DNA of 64,000 nt, taken from contig JAAOMT010000211.1 of NCBI GenBank assembly GCA_016748015.1, positions 240,248 to 304,247 of the forward strand, given 5' to 3'. The position numbers and the translations under genes were made by a program. Below the pieces are notes generated by a model. The model saw only the letters and a list, made by a program, of their open reading frames with translations. It made no database searches and had not been told where the DNA came from. Source of the DNA: Geosiphon pyriformis uo1 (lineage: Eukaryota; Fungi; Glomeromycota). Below, in pieces: positions 40,308 to 53,230 of the stretch (positions are counted from its first letter, which is position 1; every line of letters starts with the position of its first letter).

Positions 40308-40937
40308 AAACGGGAGGTTTTATTATGATTATGAAAGTATTAACTTGAAGAAATTGATTTAAAAGGATCCAAAAGTTTAATAAAATCCAGTTTTAAAAAA
40401 CTTTGGATACGATAATTTTTAATGGTTTAAAAAACAAACTTAAAAGACAACTTATAAAGAATTAATTTAAAGTTGAAGAAAGTTTTGTGCGAAATTGATT
40501 CACGACGCACAGCTTCTTTTGTCTTACTTGGCATCAACTTTGACTGCTAGGTGGACTAAATAGCATCCAAAAATGGAACTTGAAATGATGAATGTCACAC
40601 ACGATCATGTCCATTTATAAGAGACTCTTACTGGTTAGTGTTTCAATATATATATATATATATATACATATAGATATATGCCATTATTATGACCAACAAG
40701 GTACGATACTTGGGTCTCTACGCATACATTCAAAGAGAAAAAGAAGCTCCAAGTTACAAGAACAAATTTCAAATGCCATCATAATGATGACAAGTAACAA
40801 TAATCATATCATCATCATTATTAAATAAACAGCCACGGCGTCATTTGCCACACTGCACAGCCTCACAAGCCTCTAAGTATTAATTGTTGATGGTTCAAAA
40901 AATTGTCCCCTTCTCATTATAATCAAAGTGAAGAGCC

Positions 40938-41921
40938 ATGACCACATCCGAAGACTTCTCAACCCTAATAACCCCACTCGAAAGAACCGCCCTCAAAGGC
41001 CTCTCCCGTTTAGATACATTAATAAAAACCGTCGGGGAGGTGTTCGCCGAAATTTCATCATACTCTTCGGAGATTTTGGCTCCCGGCATTGGCAATGATA
41101 GAAATCCGGAGGGAGAAAACCCGGATATGGCGCTTATGAATGTTATTAAGACTGTAGATAGATTTCACCAAGTAGAACATGAGTTAAAAGATTTGGTAGG
41201 GGAGATTGATCGATTACGTGATAAAGATGGTGATGTTGTTGAAATCAAAGTAGAACATGAGCCTGGTCTCGATGACTTTAAAGTGAGCAAGAGGGAATAT
41301 GGGTGGTATGATTGTGACTGTAGTTTGTGGCTCTTTTGGAGGGGTTTATTTTATTTATTACGTCAGATATCTCCCAATATTTTTACATTTATTATTTGCG
41401 GCAGATGACAGTACAAGATCCTGTAGCTGTCGTAACAACAGCCGCCATCACTGACCCACAATCTTCAAAGGCAGGCCCAGCTATAACTGCTGCTCTACTT
41501 AAAACTGAGCATGAAAATCAAAATGAAAGTGAGAATAATAATTCAAGCCTATCACCCCTGGTAGACCTTTACAAAACTCGTGACAAGCTATTAAAAGTAT
41601 GTCAAGTCATATCTGTCCTCAGGTTTTCAATTTCCGCGAGAGGAATCCAATTGAATTTGACGTTTCTTAAAATTACCATGTTTCTCGCTTTTGACCCGCT
41701 CGTCATCTCGTTTTCACTTATTAAAATTGCCCTTACTTAAATTATGGCAGGAATCCAGATCACAATCTGAACACTTGACTAAACTGCTGGAACAAACTTA
41801 TCGGCTACAATTTATCACTCAGACGTTGATGGGTAGTTTTGAGGAACCTCTTTTGATGGAAGAAATAGGTGTGAAAAACGATAGGGAAACGAAAACTGAA
41901 GGAGCGATGAATCAGTTGTAG
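40938..41921 (+). CDS. Helical protein, possibly Mediator subunit MED30-like; 3 exons
   Basis: Exons ...GLDDFK|MTVQDP...RDKLLK|ESRSQSEHLTKLLEQTYRLQFITQTLM join through GT-AG introns. The gene model is good; the MED30 assignment rests on pattern resemblance only. Confidence 0.55.
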
Positions 41922-42283
41922 GAATAAAGTTTAAAAGAAATAGAGTAAAGATAAAGTGAACATAATATAAGTTATAATTATGGAAAATATGTTGATTAAG
42001 ATATTGTGAGTAAAAAGGCTCGGTTTCTTTATCCCTACCATCTAAAAGACATTAAAAGCAATATAAATTTCTAATCTGTCACTTTCCAATCGCAATATTT
42101 TTAATTGAAAGATTCTTGAACATATTTAAATATTAATGGGTATAAATTATCGAACAGATAGATACCTGTCATCGAGTGAGCAATTTAAGTTGTCAGACTC
42201 CAAGAAATTCTTTTTCTAGTATCATAAAAATATGTAAGGGTACATTCTAAGAATGATTGTAGAAAGACCAGCCTAATGTTGTT

Positions 42284-43477
42284 TTAATTACTCCCGACCA
42301 GATTTTTCTTAACACTGTTTGATTCGAGATACTCGTCCATAGTTACCAGCCACTCGGTCAAATCCTGGATAATCTGCTTACCACAATGCTCACGCAACAT
42401 ATCGTGCTCACATTGTTGGTATAATTTAATTGTCTTGTGTTTTTCATGAATTTGGGCCTGAGAAAATAGATCCAATGAGGATCTAACCTCACAGACGCGG
42501 TCATTCAGCCCATGTTGTGCCAGAAATGGTTTATTCACCCGTCCCAAGTTTAATTGCAACCATGTTATTCCATCTAATAACGCTAGGCCAGTTTGTGCAC
42601 GCATGTTTCCATGATAGGTTTGTGGATCTTTGAAAGAACTCTCGATAGATTAGAGACAAAAAGGTTATCAAATTGAAAAGTGAAAGACAAAAAAATTTAA
42701 ACCTGCAAAAAATGCCTCAGAAACTAATGGATTTTGACTACCCTTGTTCTGATGTGCAGGAGCTAACGGGAGTCGTCCAAGAGGTGAACCAACAATTATT
42801 CGTGCAAGGTACTCTAAAATTTTGTGAGGGCGACTCGTACCAGCCACATAGACTAACGGGCAAAGAACGCTAAACGCATCAATATCTTCGGGATATTTTA
42901 TGGCATAACTAATCGTGACAAATCCACCCATCGATCCTCCTCCAAGGATCAATTTGCGTCGTTGATTTTTGTATAAAGGATCAGACGCATTTTGTTCTCT
43001 CACATGAGCGATCACAATACGAACAGATTCTATCAATTCCTCCCAGTCAGCCAAATAAGAGTGCAAACCACTCGACCTCCCATGACCTGGCATATCAATC
43101 GGGATTATGCGAAATCCTTGTTGCAAAATGGGCACACAATTTTCCGAGAAACGGCCGCCGTAATCGTTCAGCCCATGGACATAGATAAAATCAGTATGAC
43201 GTGATTTAACTGTCGACAGTTCCCAAGTCTGATAATGAATAAAATGCTCAAGAGCACCTTTAAACGGGAAGGGAACTTTAAAAGATTGATGTTTGTAAGG
43301 TTCTGTACGAAATATTTGTTCAGTTGGCGAGTACCCAAGAGAAGCTCGACCATAAGTTAGGTCTTTCGGAACGCCCCCACAAAAGTAGTTAAATATCCGC
43401 GCGAGAAAAGCATCGTATAAGGTAACCCCAAAATTTTGCAGTGCCGCTACAGAGGAGTTTGAGGAAGAGACAGCCAT
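42284..43477 (-). CDS. Alpha/beta hydrolase (monoacylglycerol lipase/lysophospholipase type); 2 exons
   Basis: YVHGLNDYGG, DMPGHGRSSG, nucleophile elbow GGSMGG, QHGLNDRVC, and catalytic His in CEHDML. Confidence 0.9.
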
Positions 43478-44004
43478 GCGAGAAATGACTTGGAAAAAGA
43501 TACCGTTTTATAAATGATTGCTTAATTTTGATTCCTGTATTATATGCTGTTGTGCTTAAATGTCACTAAATAAATAAGGACCAATTAGTAAAAAAAAATA
43601 GTTTTTTTATTAATAAATAATATAAAATGTGTTTTTTTTGAAAAAAGATGAAAAACCTAAAAATTTTTATAATTGTAAAATATTTAAAAAAAAATTTTGA
43701 ATTTTTAATAATTGTAATTTTTTGTCTTTCAAGTGTAACAAAGTTTCAATAAATTTAAATTTGCAACAATTAATTAACTTCAATGTTATTAATTTAATCA
43801 AAAAAAGCAATCTTAACTTTTTTAATTAAATATATTTATTTCAAGTGTTAAGCTATTCTAAAAATGGTTTTTTGAAAAAAATTCACTGGGATAGGCTTCT
43901 AAAATATTTTAATAGATAACTGGGGGAAATTTTCATAATTCCGAAGACTGTTTTTCCTATACAATTTAGAAAGTTTTATAAACCCTTTGTGCTATTTGAA
44001 AATA

Positions 44005-45060
44005 TGACTTTAAATACACCAATTGAAAACCCGATTTCAGCTATTGACTGGCTTAAAGAAGTATTCAGAAAATTTGGCCATTTTTCCGAGCAACCCATTT
44101 TGAAAACAACCAAGATTAATTCGATTGCTTAAATAATAAGGTTCAAAGTGTTCGATAGACTACATTTTGCTTGGGTTTTTTAAAACATGGGTAATGGAAC
44201 TATTCCCAATTTAAAAAAAGCATTTTTACAATTTTAGAAAGCAGAAAATGTGGAAGATTCTTTTGGATAGTTTTTTCTTAAGCCATTGTTAACATAATAG
44301 AATTGGTACTTCATAAAGATTGAGAAAAAACAGTTAAACTCTATTTAAAAGCAGTCGAGACAGGAAATACAAAGGCACAAACAGTCTTGGATGATGTTAT
44401 GAAAATGGACAAATTTTTTGGGAAAGTGTTTAAACTCTATTCAAAGACGGCAGGAAATACAAATACACAAAATAATCTTTGAATAAAATGGATCGAGAAC
44501 AACAAAAAATCCGGAAAGGCAACAGAGTCAGGAGATGCAAATGCATAAAATGATCTTGAATGATTTTATGTAATGAGTATAGAACAACAAAAATCTGAAA
44601 AGTGTTTAAACTCTATTCAAAAGCAGCAGAGGCGGGAGATACAAATGCGTAAACCGTTTTTGGATGGTTTTATTAAGATCGATCGAAAATAACAAAAAAA
44701 TCAGAAAAAAGCAACAATATTCAAAGACAACAGAGGCAGGGGATGCAAATGTACAAAATAATCTTGAATGATTTTATGAAAATGGATATAACAACAAAAA
44801 AATCTGAAAAAAGGGTTTAAACTCTATTTAAAAGCAGCAAAGACGAGAAATTCAAATGTACAAACCGTTTTTGGATGGTGTTATTTAAATGGATCCTAAA
44901 CAAAAAATCTAGAATAATATTCAAAAGCAGGAGATACAAATGCATCAAATAATTTTGGATGGTTTCATGAAAAAGCATATGAAACTACAAAAAAGCGTTT
45001 AAACTCTATTCAAAGGAAGCAGAGGCGAAAAATACAATATTATCTTAAACAATGTTATCG
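44005..45060 (+). pseudogene. Degraded Sel1-repeat gene, paralog of the 5' half of 53231-56040
   Basis: MTLNTPIENPISAIDWLKEVF resembles MSSTLSIENATSTVEWLEGAL. Repeated ctctattcaaaagcagcagaggcgggagatacaaatgc (LYSKAAEAGDTNA) units are broken by many indels and stops. Confidence 0.8.
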
Positions 45061-47219
45061 TATATATAATTTCAAAGTGCAAAATAAAATTTTGTAATAT
45101 GTTAATATTTATATTAAAAAATTTTTTATATTTTAAATAATTTATTTTTACATTGAAATTTTAATAATTTTTTAATTTTTTAATTGTTGATAATTTGTGA
45201 TTTGTTATTTGATTTGTTATTTATTAGATTTGTAAGTTGTTTATATTCAATATTTGTAGATTTGTTAATAAAAGTAATAATTTATGATTTGTGATTTGAA
45301 TTTACAAATTATTAATTATATTAATTATTAAATGTTTATATTTGCAAGTTATTAATTAGATTAATTATTAAATATTTATATTTACAAGTTAATAAATATT
45401 GATGATTTTTTATTGATATATTATTCTAAATTTCCAATTATAACTCAAAAATAAAAATTAATTGATTTATTTATTTATTTAATAGCAAACAGCAAATTGT
45501 TTATTAATTAATATTAAATAAAACAAATAAATTTTTAATATATTAATATTTAATTTAATAATATTTTTGTATTTGTTTTGGTAATTTTTTTTATTAAATC
45601 AAAAAACATTTAATACTAAAAAACAATAATATTTATATAATAAAACAAGATTTTGTTTTTATAAACAATAAAATTAAGAAATATATATGTATATTATTAT
45701 AATATTAAATATTAATATTTAAAAGTGTTTTTTATAATATAAATTTCAATTTAGTAATATTATATTTTTATAAACTTTGTTTTGTTATAACTTATTTACA
45801 TTATTTGATTTTTAAGCAATAAAAAACAAATTATTAAATTAATTAATATGTTTTATTTAAATATAAATAATTTTATGATTTAAAAAATATAAATTTTTAA
45901 ATCTAATTTTTTGTATTAATTATATTTTTATTAATTAATTTAGAATAAATAAATAAATAAATAAAAAAATACGAAAATTAATGTATATTATATTTATTTT
46001 TTATAAATTTTTAATACATAAAAATATAAAATTTTTTCATAATTTTCCAAAAAAATAAAAATCAGAAATATTTTAATTAAAAATTTTTTTGTTAAAAACT
46101 GTTAAATAATTTTAAAAATATATGTTAATTTAATTTACTTTTATCAAATTATAAAAATTAATAATAATAATAAATCAAAAAAAATCAATTTTTTTTTTAA
46201 GTAAACAAAACATATGTATATTTTTTAATGAATTACAATTTAATTTTTTAAAATAATAATAATAATAATAATAATAATTTTATGAATTATTTATTTTCAT
46301 TTTTATTAATTAGTGTGTTTTGATTTTTTTTATTAATAAATATATTTGTATATATAATATATGTATTTTTAAAAAAGAGAATATTTTCAGATTATTTATT
46401 TTATACTGTGAATTGAAAATGGCATAAGAATTAAAATTAATAATTATAAAATATTATAATTTAAAATCTAAAAAAACACCTTTTTTTGTACAAATTATTA
46501 GTTAATTTTTATTGAAAATATTAAAATTTTTATTTCGTATTGTATTATTACAAATTGACAACTTTTCAGAAAATTTAAAAGTAATACTTTGTTTGTATCT
46601 TTTTTGTTTTTGCCGTTATTATTCGAAATGTAACGTTATTTGTTACCCATTGATCCCAATTTCAAATTGGAATTACAAATAGTTCTCTACTTGGATTTCT
46701 AATTTTTAGTTAACAAAGCCGTTGAATTGCAACTCAGGTGTCCTAAGCAGAATTTGCATTTCTATCAAACTTTTAGAATCTATTCTTTCATTTGAAATAC
46801 AATTGTAAATTAATTAAGCTTAAAAACATTATTTCAAAAAATGGAGTAAAAAGAATTCATTTTGCCAGATTTCTGAAAATAATTTCCATTTTATTCGAAA
46901 ATAAAAATTATTTTAGAAATTTCAAACACATTTGGGTGTGTTTCATGTTCTGGGTTTATGCATAGAATTGTTTTTCTGATTGTTATTTAAACTTTGTGAT
47001 AACTTTTAGTGTTGAAAATATTAATTATTTTAACATTTATGTTAAATTGTAAGTAAAGTAAATAAATCGAGTAATTTTGTGTAGAAGTTTTAATATATTT
47101 TTATTTAAAAGCGAAAATAATTTTTTACATTGACAATTGTTTTTTATTCAAGTATTTTTATTTTAATATTTATTAAATTAAATTTTAATTCTTAATCCTA
47201 ATACTTCTTCAAAAAAACC

Positions 47220-48330
47220 ATACAGTAAAGATGACTTTATTTTCAAAAACAAGGTACACGATGAGTCACAATCTCTTTTTAAAAAATATAGAAAAACAGT
47301 CTTTAAAGTTTATAGTGGAATGGATTTATTTTATACAAAAAACCTGGATTCATGAAAATTATTTTCAATCAAATATTGAAGTTTCAAGAAAAATAAATTA
47401 AAACTTAAAAAACCAATTTTTTTTCAAAATTTCCGGTCTCTATAAATAATGATAGTCAAATATTATTTTTATTATTAATTAAAAAATTAATACACTATAA
47501 AAATAAGATGGGAATAATTGAAATGTCAAATCATTGCTAGATTTTACATCAATTCTCTAACATTCTTGATATCTTATAGAATTTTAAGAAAAGAAGAGCA
47601 AATAAGCTCCACCTTGTCAAAGACAAGTATCTAAAGAAATTATTGCCATAAGAACAATTGTTAATTGGCCACCAGAAGATATAAAAGAAATAAAAATGTT
47701 TAGCAGAGACATATATTGCTTTATAATATGGGCTTTCTAAATTTCTACTACACTAATTACTTATTTAATCAAAACATAAAGCAACTATCAACCAAATTGG
47801 CGTTTCTCCTGATCACAGTTTTTTCGCATCAGCCTCTGACGATGGAACCGGGATTTTGGGCAATTAAAAAAAAAATGTTACTAGTCATTCAGGCTTTAAT
47901 CTTGAATCGAACAAAGTTTGAAAAATAAATACATTTAAGTGTGCGAATTGAACTGTTTTCTTAATTAAAAATATATTTAATATATTTATTTAAAAAAATT
48001 AAATTATAATTTTTTAAAAATAAAATAATTAATGTGAATTTAAGAGCTTTAAATATATCAATTTTTTGATATACCAAACAAAGATCCAAATATAAATTCA
48101 TTTTATCTGTCACGACAAAATTGTATTAGGATGTTTTGGCTCTTTTAACTACCAGAATATTAATGAGTGTTTATATAGTATTTAGTTAATATCTCTGCAA
48201 AGTTCTATTATAGTTACAACCAGTCTTTTTCTTAAATTCCAATAATATGATTAATGATACAACTGAAAATTTTTAAAAACTTCTTTTTTAAAAGCTTTTA
48301 CTTTTGCAAATGAATTAAACATTTATTTAA
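47220..48330 (+). pseudogene. Possible highly degraded protein kinase remnant
   Basis: Fragments resembling IIQFYGITKDP (about 48050-48100) and GVxxFxxPEIL (about 48130-48160). No ORF. Confidence 0.3.
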
Positions 48331-51300
48331 AATTAAAAAATTTAATCTTATATATTAGGAAATTTTTAATTATTTATGCTAATTTTGTGTATTACTAAAA
48401 AAATAAAAAAAATAAATGTAAATTAATTATCTTTGTTTTAAATTTTCAATACATTTGAAAATTTAAAAACTAATTATTTTGGTAATATATAAAAATCCCG
48501 TTTTTTTTTAATGAATATTATGTCAACTATAATATTAAGTAAAATTAATTTAATAAAAACAACTACAAAATTTATAACCATAAATTTTATAAAAACATAA
48601 ATTTAATTTTTAAACTTTAAAATCAATAATTATTCCATTTATAACTACAAAAAATTCAAATACTTTATCGTTATTCTAAAATATTTACATAAAATGAATG
48701 AATAATTAATTTTTTAAACCAAAATTTTCCAAAAATTAAATATATATCTTTTTTTTAATTCTTAAACTTTTTAGTTTTAATTTTAATTGGATTGTATATT
48801 ATTATTTTCTGTTATTTAAAAAATAATTAATATATTTATTTATTTAATAAATAAGATTCAATTGCTATTTAGTATAATACAATAACTATGTATTTCAAAC
48901 TAAATGCAATTTATACACTTTTTATATATATAATCCAGCCACTTGGACCAATTAAAGCTATACTACATATCTATTTTAATAGTAATAAAACTATTTAAAC
49001 CTAAATAAAACAACCAATGTTTACATATTTTAAAACTTATTCTATAAGCTTTAATTATGCTTAATAATTAAATTGTATTATTAAACAAAATAATTAACAA
49101 ATCATTAATAAAAAAAACACTAAATTATTATTATATATTAGACTAAACTTATTTATATAGCTTTAAATTTAAATTTACAGAACCAAATATTATCATAATA
49201 TCTAATTATCAAATTATATACAAAATTAATTAACTTAAAAATAATGTTTTTAATAATATTAAAAATCAAAAAAGTTTTATGAAACTATTCTTTAAAAATC
49301 ATATTTTTATATAAAATTATATAAAAACTAAAATTTATTTTATATAAAAACAATATTTATAATATAAAAAACAATAAAATACATATATTAATTAAGAATC
49401 TTTAATAAATAATACTTATAATCAATAATTTTTTATAAATTTACAAATTTATTTTGAATATAAATATATAGTTTGAGAATTTTATTTATTATAATAAAAA
49501 TACAGAATATTAAAATATAATTTATTATATAAATACTTTTTAATTATAGTTTTTATATATATATATGTAGTTTAATTAAAAATTCACTTAAATATTCAGA
49601 AATTATGTCTATAAAAATAAACATATAAATAAACTTATAAGTATAACCAATTTTTTATTTTTTTTCTTATTTTAATTTATAAGTAATATATTAAAACTAA
49701 AAATATAACAATATTTAACAATATAAAATATTTTATTTATGATATATATTATTTAGTTTGTTGTATATATTGAAAAATTAGTCTTAATGTTAATATTATT
49801 AATAAAAACATAATCAAAAATATAAATTAAGTAATTTTTAAATTATTTTATTTATAATATTTATCATGTGTTTTTTTTTTTTAATTAACAGCTATTATAA
49901 AAACCAAACAATAATAAAATTTTTTTAAAAATACAAATATTTAAAACAGCTTAATTATCTGAATTTATTAAAATTTTACTAAAAAATAAAATGTATTTTA
50001 ATATTAAAATAATAATTTATAATTTAATTAATATAATTAAAACCAAATTTTTTATTTTTATTTTAATATTCAAATATAAATTTACAAAAAATACTGAAAT
50101 ATTATTTGTTATCTTAAAAATACCAAATTTTTTAAAGAATTAATAATAAATATATTAATAATATCTAATTTTGTTTTTTTAAACATTTATAAATCATATA
50201 AAAATTATTAAAATCATAAATATTAATTAATTTTTAATAAGTTAATTAATATTTAGAGTATTTTTTTATATTTTAGATTGTTTATACTATTAAATTTATA
50301 ATAGAATAACTAATTTTATGTTAATTATTTATATAGTTATTTTACAGTAAAAGTTAACTTTTTTACAGAAAATTTTAATTATATGTTTTTTAATAATATA
50401 TAGTTATTTTGTTATAAAAATCAATTTTTTTATAATAAATTTTATTTATAAGCTATTTGATAATATATATAAAAAAAAAAGAAAATTAAAAAAAATATAA
50501 AAAGAAATATTTTTTGTTTAAACTTAAAATTAACTAATTAATTATTGAAATTAATTATTAATATATTATAAAATATTAATTAAAATTTGTAAGATTTAAA
50601 ACAATAATAATTATAAAAAAAGTTTGGTTTTTAAAGTAAATTTTATTTTATTAATTTATAATAGCTAATTAATTATTAAAAAAATAATTTTAAATTAAAA
50701 TATTTTTTTAAAAAAAAAGCTTTTCTTTTAAATAATTTATTATAATATTATTCTATAATTTAATACTTTTTATTTTAGTAAATTATAAGTTGTTTTTATA
50801 GATTAATAATTATTTTAATAAATTATTAAATATTTTATCGAATTTTTAAATATTTTATCGAATTTTTAAATGTTATATAATTTAAAATATTGTATAATCT
50901 GATTATTATACTTATTTATACTTGTATATTATATAAATTAAGTTATTAAATTAGATAATAATATTTGATAATTTGATAAAAAATTAATAAATAATAATTG
51001 AATTAATAATATATACTAATTAATAATAGAAATTATTCTTATAATTTTATGTTAATTAATAATTCAAATTTCTATTGATAATAATAGAAATTTTTTAATA
51101 ATTATAGTTTAATTTAATTAGTTTTTTTTGTTTTTTAAGATTACTGTTTATTAAAATTTTTATTTTAATAATCAATATTATAGCTTTATTTATATTTTTT
51201 TTAAAGATAAATATTAATAAAATAATCTTTTCAAATTTTGAAAAAATAGTAATTTTTTCAAATTTATTTATTGTTAAAAACAAATTTTTAATAATCAGTA

Positions 51301-53230
51301 TTTTTACCATAATGGTTTTTTTTTCAAATAATAAAAGATTAATATTTAATAAATAAAATTTTTTAATAAAAGTTTTTATTTAAGTTTTAATTATCTTGGA
51401 ATTAATCTTTTTTTTCAAAGCTATTTAACAGTCAAAAAAAAGTTATTTTCTTGTTTTTTATTTCAAAATCAATTATATTTATTAAAAAAGCTGTTCTTAT
51501 GCTAATATTATATTTTATTGTATTTAAAATATTAATTTAAGAATTAAAAAGCATTTTATTTTTATTGTTTATTTTATAACTATTATTAACTATTAAAAAA
51601 CTTTTTGTTTTTTTATATAAATCTATTTTTATGTTTTAAAATTATTTAGTATTATTTAAAAGAAAAAAAGAAGTTTTTAAAATATTTAATAGTTAAATTA
51701 CATCTTAAACAAAAAATAATAATGTTTATATATATAATTATTTTTTTTAATATTAAATATTTTTTAAAATTTTTAACAGATATTTTTTTTGATTATTTAT
51801 AATATATTTTAACCACAGATTATTATTATTATTGTACAGATCAATTTTTATATATTAAACATGGATTAAATAATTTATATTAATTAAAAAATTATTACTT
51901 TAAAAAAAAATTCATTATTATATTATATTTTAACTTTTAAATAATTTAATTTTTAATATAATATAATGTATTTTTTTAATTTAATTTAATTTTAATTTTT
52001 CGAATTTAATTAATTGTTAATTTCAAAATACAATATTATTTTCTTATTATAAAAAAATTAATTTAACAAATAAAAACAATCTTAGAATTTATATATATAT
52101 AAATACAAATATTAATTAATTTAAATACTTTATTAAATTTCAGTTAAGTATTTATTCAAAAATTGTTTATATATAACTAAACATAATATAATTTTTACTT
52201 TAACTTAAGAATTTAAATATTACAATAAATTTAAATGTTTTAATTAATTAAATATTATATGTCTTACAAATTATATAATAGTAATATCGGGTGGTTTCTA
52301 CTATGTAATAATCCCTGTAGATAGTAGTTGAATCACACTTTGTTAGCGCATTCAAAAAAACAAGCTTTTTTAAAAATTTATAATATTCAGTGATTATATT
52401 TATATTTTACTTTTAGTTTTGTAAATTATTGATTAATTATTAAAATCAATTTTATAATATTAATAAAAAACCGTCCCTATTAAAAATTAAAGAAATTTCA
52501 TTTTTAATATTTCTAAACAGGTTATTGAAGATTTAGTAATATTTTTAATTAATCAAGAAATCGAAATTCCCCTTATCAATTTGGTATAATTCATATTATA
52601 TATTTTAATGCATGTGACGGAGCGCATTAAGTTAAAAATATCTTGATAAATTAAGATTCCCTCGCTTTTTATAAGGTTAAAATTTATCGAGGTAAAATTC
52701 ATTATTTGTCCAAACATAAAAATTTCCGCCTTGACAGGTCAATATGTTTAATGCTAAAACTATTTAAATAAAAATTCCTCTTAATAGTTAGCGTTTCCAC
52801 ATAAATTTCTCCTTTCTTTAACTCCACTCTCCTCCAATTATTTTTGTATCCATTTAAATTTTTAAAGAAATTTTCAGACGGATTATGTTGAAGAACAATG
52901 TTCTATTTAATAGATTACATCAAAGGAAAATGAATTATTTTGGCCTTAAGTGATTTTTGGTCACTTGAATTACTAATTAGATAATTATTAAAAATATATA
53001 TAACTTATATTCCAATGGAATAAAGCTTTCAAAATGTGTTTATAATAACATTGATGAGGAAACGCTTTACAGTTAATAACCTTCAAAAACAAACATAGGC
53101 ACGTTTTAAATCTACTTAACTAATATATATATATATATATATAATTTTTTTTATAACTAACAATATTATTATAAATAACTAAATTATTTAACGTCATTAT
53201 TGAAATAGATTTATTTTGGTAAAGTCTGTC

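Noticed and set aside
44300-45040. CRISPR-like spaced repeats
   Set aside because: These are decayed Sel1 coding repeats in a eukaryotic context with no cas genes.
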